Source: Octopus vulgaris
Lineage: Eukaryota
Assembly (NCBI GenBank): GCA_951406725.2
Contig: OX597842.1
Location: forward strand, 27,900,001-27,964,000
Direction: 5' to 3'
DNA length: 64,000 nt
Shown here: piece by piece, positions 55,236 through 64,000 of the stretch
How positions within the stretch are numbered: the stretch's first letter is position 1
Layout of the letters: each line of letters begins with the position of its first letter
The notes under the pieces: model-generated
What the model saw: the letters and a program-made list of their open reading frames with translations, nothing else
Told to the model about the DNA's origin: nothing
Databases searched by the model: none
Program-made: the position numbers and the translations under genes

Positions 55236-57410
55236 TTTTGGAATATAGCCAGCATCCAGTGAGTTTCTCCACAGATTAGCAAGGGGAGATGCAAGTTGGT
55301 GTCGACACACCTTCAGGACACAAGCAGGGATCCTATCGGGGCCTACTGCTGAATTGTGTTTTATTTCGTTTATCGCCGCTAAGACATCAGGGGCACTAAA
55401 CGTTATGTCCGATATAGTGTGTTGGGGGTTGACATCACTGATACAGCCCAGATCGGCCATATCAGGATTGCTGAAAACAGAGCAGTATTGTTTCTGCAGT
55501 ATCTCGGCTATGGATTTGGCATTATCTTGGAGAGTGCCAGTTTCGTCAATTAGAGGGCCTACAGTGGAGACAGTGACCCTGCGTTTCCTCGCAAATGAAA
55601 AGAACACTTTGGGGTTGAGTTTGATTTTTTCAATGGCCCACTTCTCCTCAGCTGATCTTTGGTTATTGATGAGGGACTTCATGCATTGTTGGAGGTTATA
55701 TTTTTTGGATTCAAGCAGTGTGATAGCCGTCGAATGTGTGTGTTGCTGTTGGCAGTACTTTAGTTTGTTAATTTTTTTGTTTGTTCTTTTTATTTTTCTG
55801 ATAATGGTTTTTCTGTTTTGGGGGATTCTGCACTTTTTGTTCACAGGTCTTGGTGGGGAGTGTTTTGCACATATGTCTGTGACGGTGTCTACAAAGATCT
55901 GCCAAGATGTTTTATGGTTGGTGGAGATGTGTGTATGTGTAAAGGACCAGTCAACATTTGATAGCTCGTTCCTGATTGCATCCCAGTTGGCTTTATGGAG
56001 ATCCATGTTGTCAAATGGGTGGGCTGGAGGAAGGTCACTAGGATTAGCTTTCGGCTGGTGGAATTTCATGTTACAGAGAACCATGTCATGGTCTGAAAGA
56101 AGGGTTTTTTCCACTGTAACGTTATGTATAGTGTTAGTGTGGTTACTAAACACTAGGTCCAAAATGTTCTGATGTCTTGTTGGTGCAAGGACAAGTTGGG
56201 ACAAGAAAAACTCATTCGTAAAGTCGAAAAGTGACTCTGCTGCTTCTTTGTCAGCGGTTGAGGCGGGAGTGCTTGGTTTCAAACAGTTTGTAGTCCAGTC
56301 AACACAGGGTAGATTGAAGTCTCCCATCATGAGTATGTTGCTAGAATGGCACTGTTGAATAAAGCACTTAATGCTGTTGAGGCATTCTTTAAAGCACAGT
56401 ATGGGTGTTTGGGGCGGCCTATAGAGCCCAATTACTGTCAGATCATTGGCTTTGTTGTGCACGGTGACTGATTCACAGTAGCCGTTGGAGAATATACTAT
56501 TTCCATCTGCCGTAAATGAATCATGCAGGAAAATGGCAGTTCCACCCTTCCTCCTGCCGATACGATCCGCGCGGATGGTTGTGAAATTCTTCACTCTCAC
56601 TTCGGCTTCCAAGTGGGAGTTGTCAAGGTGGGTCTCAGTGAAAATGAAGAAAGGGATGTGGTGTGAATGGTTACCAACCCAGTCTTCAATGAATTGGACC
56701 TTCCATTTTTGTGCATTGATGGAAGGGCTGACACCTTGTGCATTGAGTAGGAATGTGGAGGTTAGTGTAGTGGCTGGTTTTGACTGTTGCAGGGGGCTTG
56801 GATTTTTTGTGTGTGTTAGTGGCAGCAATGTGGGGAATTGGTGCACTGGGGTAATAGCATAGGATGGTGTTGAGTGATGGCTAGAATGTTTTTGTGTATC
56901 TCTTTTGCCATGTTCAACATGGCTAAAAAAATTTTCCTGCTTAGGGAGCAGTTTTTGGCTGGAGGTGTGGTTGCACTGTTGGATAGGGTTGTAGTTTCCA
57001 CTTTTGTTGTTGTTGTTTTTGTGTCTTCCTGAAAAGACTGGACCAGCATTACTGCAGCATGGTGTGTTTCTATTTTTATTGTTATTCAGGTTTGTGTGTT
57101 GGCTTGAGGCCCCGTTTCTGTTTGTGCGTCGGGTCCCTGGAAGATGAGTGAAGGGACAGTCACTCAGTAGACATGTTCTCTCACGTTGGGAATACCGGCA
57201 GATTTTGGGACTCCGAGTTGTGTGTGTTTTGAATTTCGATTTACTATTTGGTGGTGTTGATGTTATTGTGGGATGCGTGCTTTGGCCTTGGCCAGTAGTG
57301 CGTCTAGTGCCGGGTAGATGCGTGAAGATGCAGTCACTATTTGTGCAGAGTCTCTGGCGCAGTGAATAGCGGCATATTTGGGGATTTCTTGTTTGTGCCG
57401 TGGGGGGCGC
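55236..57410 (-). CDS. CR1 ORF1 C-terminus (two CCCH fingers) in frame with ORF2 APE endonuclease
   Basis: C-x8-C-x4-C-x3-H twice (ICRYS...HLPGTRR); APE motifs NAQG, TETHL, YRPP, GDFN, LDL and SDH. Confidence 0.88.
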
Positions 57411-57464
57411 GTATATATATACATATATATATATATTGTATATATATATATATTGTGTGTGTGA

Positions 57465-57496
<32 letters not shown>

Positions 57497-57543
57497 ATGT
57501 ATATGTATACAATTATCTCATATATATATTGTGTATACATTCA

Positions 57544-57606
<63 letters not shown>

Positions 57607-59290
57607 TCTATAGGTATATGTATATGCAGTAGGAGTTGGACTCCATTTACAGATTGGCTGAGGATAATAACATGCAGTTTAATGCTGACAAATTCCAAGC
57701 ACTGCGCCACCAGCATCAAAACCTAACTTACAGGGTACACCGGTCCACAGGGATTTTCAATCCTAGAGCCCAAATCAGTGAGGGACCTGGGTATCGACAT
57801 GAGTGATAATACCTCTTTCGAAGTGCACATTACCAGGATGGCGACAAAGTGCAGATGACTGGCTGGCTGGATCGTAAGAACATTCCGAACCAGAGATAAG
57901 GAAACCATGATGGTCCGCTGGCGGACATTCGTCCTCAACCACCTGGATTAGGGCTCACAGCTATGGTCACCCACCAGTGTGAAATTAACAGCGGACTTTG
58001 ATGCAAGCTCAGCTACTGGGAAAGGTTGAAACAGTTAAGACTCTACTCCCTGGAGAGAAGACAGAAGAGGTATGCAGTAATATATATCTGGAAGATCCTG
58101 CCCAGAAGGCTGCACCAGGCTCCCATCTGATCAGGTAGGGTTTCTACCGCTGGATGCCCTCCTAACATCTACCACTCCAAGAGTGTAATGGGTACTTGTA
58201 CGTGCCACCAGCACGGAGGCCAGTCATGTGGTACTGCCAATAGCCACACTCAAATGGTGTTTTTAATATGCCACCTGAACAGGAGCCAGTACTGTGGCAC
58301 TGGCAACGTCCATGCTTGGATGGTGCTTTTAGTATTCCACTGGCGTGGTTGCCAGTCAGGCGGTGTTATCATCGGTCATCTCAACGAATTTGATTTCAAT
58401 TGCCTCAACAGGTCCTCACAAGCGAAGTTTAGTGTCCAATGAGAGACATGTACGGATATATACATATACACACACACAGTTTATATCCATTTAAGAGGAA
58501 AAAAGAAGACGGGTCCATATATAACATCAAAAGGAGCAGCTTTTTTTCTCTGATGAAATTATACTCATGTCACATAAATGTAATATTAATGTACAAATTT
58601 GTAATTAATTTATTGAAACAATTGTAAGCAGCGAAGATGACCACTTTGTAAGCAATAAACAATTATCAACTTCCTTATCTCCATTTTCTTTTCTGTTTTG
58701 AAATGGATATAAACTATATTCTTAATATATACCTATTGTTTTAAGGGTATTTCATAGCCCAAAAATACTAGGTATTCAACCAGTGTTTCCTTAAATGCAA
58801 CCATCCCTTCACAAGGTTAACATATTCCCCTAATTATATACTTATATTCAATCTATATATATATGTATATATGAGTATATGCATGTATGTATAGACAGAT
58901 AGATGAATTGATGGATAGGTGTGAGTGTATACATATTTCGGTCTTACCTATTCTTTCTAAATACATACACCCACATACATTCATACATGCGTGTTTCTAA
59001 ATTGACGCAAAAGGTTGACCTAAGATTTGAATAGGGATAAGAAATTTAATGACAATAAATTGAGATATTTTAGAATTTCTTTAGAATTGTTAAAGAAAAG
59101 AAATAGTGACTCACAATTTGAATGAGTGTTTCATTGTGTAAGAAATAGCAGGTACGCAGATAGCCATGTATATGTACATATGTATGGATATAAATACGTG
59201 TGTATGAATGTATGTGGGTGTATGTGTACAGTTGTATTTGTATTTAAGTATGTTAATGTTTATGTTTGCACACATATGTGTTTGTGTGTG

Positions 59291-59350
<60 letters not shown>

Positions 59351-59795
59351 CCTATGTTTGGATTTATACGTGTATGTATGATTGTTTGTAGTTATGTATA
59401 TATGTAAACATGAATTGTTCGTGTATGAATATATGTATTTATGTATATATGGTGATGATGACGATGGCTATCCACTCATGAGTAAAAAAGGCCATCACTG
59501 ACCATCTACCATGCGAAATGTCTGCAAGGACAGTTCTAAGTAGTATTGTGTTCATGGTCAGCTTTATTCGGAGTCGCAGCTGTGGCCTTCATGCATGCCG
59601 CAGGGCCCTCCTAATTGACCAAGTATCGTAAATGACTCTTATCTAGCGATCGTACAACCGAGAATATTAAATCCTCACTGATCCTTTGCACCCTGTTGAC
59701 ATGATCCAGAGACAAGCCAGGACAAGCTATCAAGTGCCAATGTGAGGGTACTATGATCCCATGCGCAAGGAAAACACTCCCCATAAATTGAGGTG

Positions 59796-59828
<33 letters not shown>

Positions 59829-59977
59829 TTTATATACACATACATGCACATATTATGGATGTATACACACATACTTCATCATTTTAAACACGTATAGACA
59901 CCTTCTTTGGGGGAAGCAGTGGGAAGGTATGGTGTTTTGAGTAGTATAGTTAGTATATATATATATATATTATATAT

Positions 59978-60024
<47 letters not shown>

Positions 60025-60136
60025 GGTCCCGTGTTGAGTCGGGGTTATACACAGTAAATAGAACGAGCTTCTACAGGACTGATGATTTCTTTTGAATGAA
60101 ACAGTTCTAGTCCTGTAGAAGCTCCTTCTATAAAAT

Positions 60137-60257
<121 letters not shown>

Positions 60258-60355
60258 TTAATATAGGGTGGCAAAAAAATTTTGTAGAATTTTTTTGCCA
60301 CCAGCGGCCTAGTGGGAAAAAAATTAAATAGTCATAGACCATTTTTAAGTTCAAC

Positions 60356-60605
60356 ATCAGCAATCAAGGAACGGCCATAATAGGCCATTCACCCACTAGA
60401 AATAACAGCCAAAGCTTCAACCGCAAATAAAAATCAATTCCGTAAACAGGAGAAAAAAACAGATGAAACGGTGCATCGTCTAAGAAATTGCAGGGTAAAT
60501 GTTTTTTAATTTTCTCCTGTTTACGGAATTGATTTTTATTTGCGGTTGAAGCTTTGGCTGTTATTTCTAGTGGGTGAATGGCCTATTATGGCCGTTCCTT
60601 GATTG

Positions 60606-60610
<5 letters not shown>
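60356..60610. repeat. Perfect 101-bp inverted repeat with 53-bp spacer
   Basis: 60356-60456 is the exact reverse complement of 60510-60610 by manual comparison. Confidence 0.92.
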
Positions 60611-60635
<25 letters not shown>

Positions 60636-60636
<1 letters not shown>

Positions 60637-61120
60637 CATCATCATCATCATCATCATCATTTAGCGTCCGTTTTCCATGCTAGCATGGGCTGGACGGTTC
60701 AACTGGGGTCTGGGGAGCCCGAAGGCTGCACCAGGCCAGTCAGATCTGGCAGTGTTTCTACAGCTGAATGCCCTTCCTAACGCCAACCACTCCGAGAGTG
60801 TAGTGGGTGATTTTATGTGCCACCGACACAGGTGCCAGACGAGGCTGGCGAACGGCTACGCTCGGATGGTGTTTTTTATGTGCCAACGACACAGGTGCCA
60901 GACGAGGCTGGCAGACGGCCACGCTCGGATGGTGTTTTTATGTGCCACCGACACAGGTGCCAGATGAGGCTGGCGAACGGCCATGATCGGATGGTGTTTG
61001 TTACGTGCCCACAGCACGGAGGCCAGTCGATGCGGTACTGGCTACGGCCACGTTCGGATGGTTTTCTTGTGTGCCACCGGCATTGGTACCACAAAGATAC
61101 AAATTCCATTGATGTTCGAT
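60636..61120 (-). mobile_element. RTE 3' UTR fragment with internally amplified modules
   Basis: Same 3' end as 8619; three tandem ~65-bp gtgcca.cgacacaggtgccaga.gaggctggc units. Confidence 0.85.
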
Positions 61121-61136
61121 AATATATTTATAAATA

Positions 61137-61519
61137 TACTAGCAGTATCGCCCGGCGTTGCTCAGGTTTGTAAGGGAAATAACTATAAAGCATTTTTAGA
61201 GAGTTATAGCCAAAAAATAGCAAAAAAATGGAAAAAAAAATGATGGTAAATTTTTTTTGAGAGTTAAAAAAGGTAGAGTTGCGTCCCCTAGACGGTCTGT
61301 GGTTTGGGTTTCTAATTCTCGACCCCATGTCGAATTTATCGATTTTTTTCAGAACTGGGGGAACTTTTCAAAATTTTCGCTGCGTTAGTTTTGAATTATG
61401 ACATTGGGCTATGTGTGTGTCAAGTTTTATCAGAATCGGTTGAAAGCCGTGGTCAGAGTGAGGGTACGAGAAAACAGACACACAGAAACACGCACAGACA
61501 AACTGCCGTTTATATAGAG

Positions 61520-61524
<5 letters not shown>
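61137..61524 (+). mobile_element. Non-autonomous Helitron-like element, second copy
   Basis: Same 5' end and 3' ~200 bp as 34609-35308. Confidence 0.7.
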
Positions 61525-61562
<38 letters not shown>

Positions 61563-61602
61563 TGTATATATATATATGTATATATATATGTGTGTGTTTA
61601 TG

Positions 61603-61636
<34 letters not shown>

Positions 61637-61936
61637 TATGTATATGTGTAAATGTATATATGTATATACATGTATATATGTATGTATATGTGTATATGTA
61701 TGTATATGTGTATATGTGTGTATATCATCATCATCATTTAGCGTCCGTTTTCCATTCTAGCATGGGTTGGACGGTTCAACTGGGGTCTGTGAAGCTGGAA
61801 GGGTTCATCAGGCCCAGTGAGATCTGGCAGTGTTTCTACGGCTGGATGCCCTTCCTAACGCCAACCACTCCGTGAGTGTAGTGGGTGCTTTTTACGTGCC
61901 ACCCGCACAGGTCCCAGACAGAGCTGGCAAACGGCC

Positions 61937-61979
<43 letters not shown>

Positions 61980-62010
61980 CGGCCATATATATATATACAT
62001 ATATATATAT

Positions 62011-62053
<43 letters not shown>

Positions 62054-62069
62054 CATGTATATATGTGCG

Positions 62070-62099
<30 letters not shown>

Positions 62100-62100
<1 letters not shown>

Positions 62101-62450
62101 CTTGCGATGTTAGTCAAATCAGAATTCGGACACCATGTTCGCCCCAAGTAGAGAGTTATAGTTTACAGAGACATATCTTCGTAAACGAAGTTTATTCGGG
62201 ATTTTTTGAAGGAATTTTTCCAGAGACTTCTTGAACTTTATGGGGTCTGTTTCTGCTTTAATGTGTTTTGATATCATGTTAAAGAGAGTGGGGCCACTTG
62301 ATGTGAAATAATTGTGCGAAATTGTTATTTGGAGAAGAGAAGGATAATGGTGAGGATATCAGGATATCTCTCGACTGGAAAAATCTGAGAATCCTGGAAC
62401 ACATTCTGCTGACCATGTTAACTTTGCTGTGTATATGAGCGGCCCACCTT
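62100..62450 (-). mobile_element. Decayed, internally deleted copy of the 53.7-kb CR1 3' region
   Basis: caagtagagagttat.gtttacagagacatatc and tatctctcgactggaaa shared with 53810-54450; flanked by (TA)n. Confidence 0.8.
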
Positions 62451-62503
62451 CTATATATATGTATATCTATCTGTCTGTCTGTGTGTCTATCTACATATCT
62501 ATC

Positions 62504-62549
<46 letters not shown>

Positions 62550-62645
62550 CATACATATATATATAGACATACATGTAAATATATGTATATACAATTATTT
62601 CATATATATATTGAGTATACGTTCCATATATACATATATATATAT

Positions 62646-62676
<31 letters not shown>

Positions 62677-62743
62677 TATGTATGTATATGTATATATATA
62701 TTTCTATATATATATATATAGTTATACATGTAAATATATGTAT

Positions 62744-62808
<65 letters not shown>

Positions 62809-63199
62809 AGTATTATATACACTCATCCAAATGTATGTCAGTGTCTGCCTTTTCTTTCTTTTGTTAAAATCATTGTCCGATATTTTTTAGTTGTTGCTTT
62901 GTTATATCTCTCTATGCTTTATTGCACCCACCCTCTGCCTGTCTGTCTGCCTCTCTCTCCCTCCCCGCCCTCTCACTCTTAGTCTCTCCCTCTCCTTTTC
63001 ATGGTTAAGTCATGTTGCCGCTTTACTTAGGAAGTTAAATATTTAGAGGAGAAACAGATTAGATTTCTATTCAACAATGAATATGGTTCAATTTCATAAG
63101 ATTTGTTAAACCACACCCTAGCTGGAGTATTTTAGATCATAAAACACACACACATATACACACACACACATAAATATGCATGTATATATATATATATCT

Positions 63200-63240
<41 letters not shown>

Positions 63241-63398
63241 CATACATACACACACATACATAAATATATTGTGTGTATATATATATGTGTGTGTGTGTGT
63301 ATATATAATTTTTTCATATATATATTGTGTATACATTCTATATATACATATATATATTGTGTGTATATATATATATATTATGTATGTATATATATATC

Positions 63399-63431
<33 letters not shown>

Positions 63432-63445
63432 TATGTATGTATATG

Positions 63446-63488
<43 letters not shown>

Positions 63489-63678
63489 TTTGATACTTTG
63501 ATAGGAAAAAAAATATCAAAGTATCAAAGTATATATATATATATATATATACATATACATACATAATATATATATATATATAGATAGATATAGATATATA
63601 TATATATAGATAGATATAGATATATATATACATACATAATATATATATATACACACAATATATATATGTATATATAGA

Positions 63679-63720
<42 letters not shown>

Positions 63721-64000
63721 ATATATATATATATTATGTACATATATCTATCTAACTAGGTGTGGTCGCCGTTTGTGAGGCACGCATTCCCGCAACTCGT
63801 CTCCATGACCGAACTACAGTCGTGGATCAAAAAGAGGCCGAAGAAGGGCGAATGGCACCGCGAGTGTCGCGTTGCTCTCAAGCAACTCTGCCGTCCCGGG
63901 TCGACCTTGAGTGACCTCAACACAACCAAAGCATTCTATAGGGGATTAGTGGAGGTACGACGACGAGCTCGGGGCAAACCTGGGCGTCGACGAGGAATAC

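Larger units (their letters stand above)
53721..57410 (-). mobile_element. Young CR1-clade LINE, 5'-truncated within ORF1, (ATCAAAGT)n tail
   Basis: APE and RT domains nearly intact; short 3' UTR; tail 53721-53745; flanked by (TA)n on both sides. Confidence 0.95.

Noticed and set aside
55354-56172. Plus-strand 272-aa ORF
   Set aside because: Antisense shadow of CR1 ORF2.
63755-64000. GC-richer stretch at the window edge, possibly a LINE endonuclease remnant
   Set aside because: Too short and decayed to assign.

Overview
Repeat-rich animal genomic DNA. The SINE, RTE and CR1 families and the dense (TA)/(CA)/(TATG) microsatellites point to an octopus (coleoid cephalopod); this is inferred from repeat content only. 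Almost all ORF-track entries are microsatellite or retroelement artefacts. One host gene can be assembled by hand on the minus strand from 8 phase-consistent GT-AG coding exons: 40354-40271, 36721-36567, 28209-28053, 27605-27145, 22581-22460, 21201-21151, 18834-18763 and 15051-14846 (1308 nt, 435 aa). It has a candidate non-coding exon 1 and a TATA/CCAAT/ETS/GAS-like promoter near 48.7-48.9 kb. The protein is ankyrin repeats + a decayed Mind-bomb-type RING remnant + a C-terminal death domain. It contains recently duplicated 102-nt ankyrin units that vary mainly at ligand-contact positions. The rest of the window is transposon debris: RTE, CR1, R4/Dong-like, Penelope-like, Helitron, Tc1/mariner, SINEs and many foldback elements. 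It also holds two satellites, a 2.1-kb tandem triplication and a near-intact CR1 LINE whose ORF1/ORF2 junction looks like a -1 ribosomal frameshift signal.
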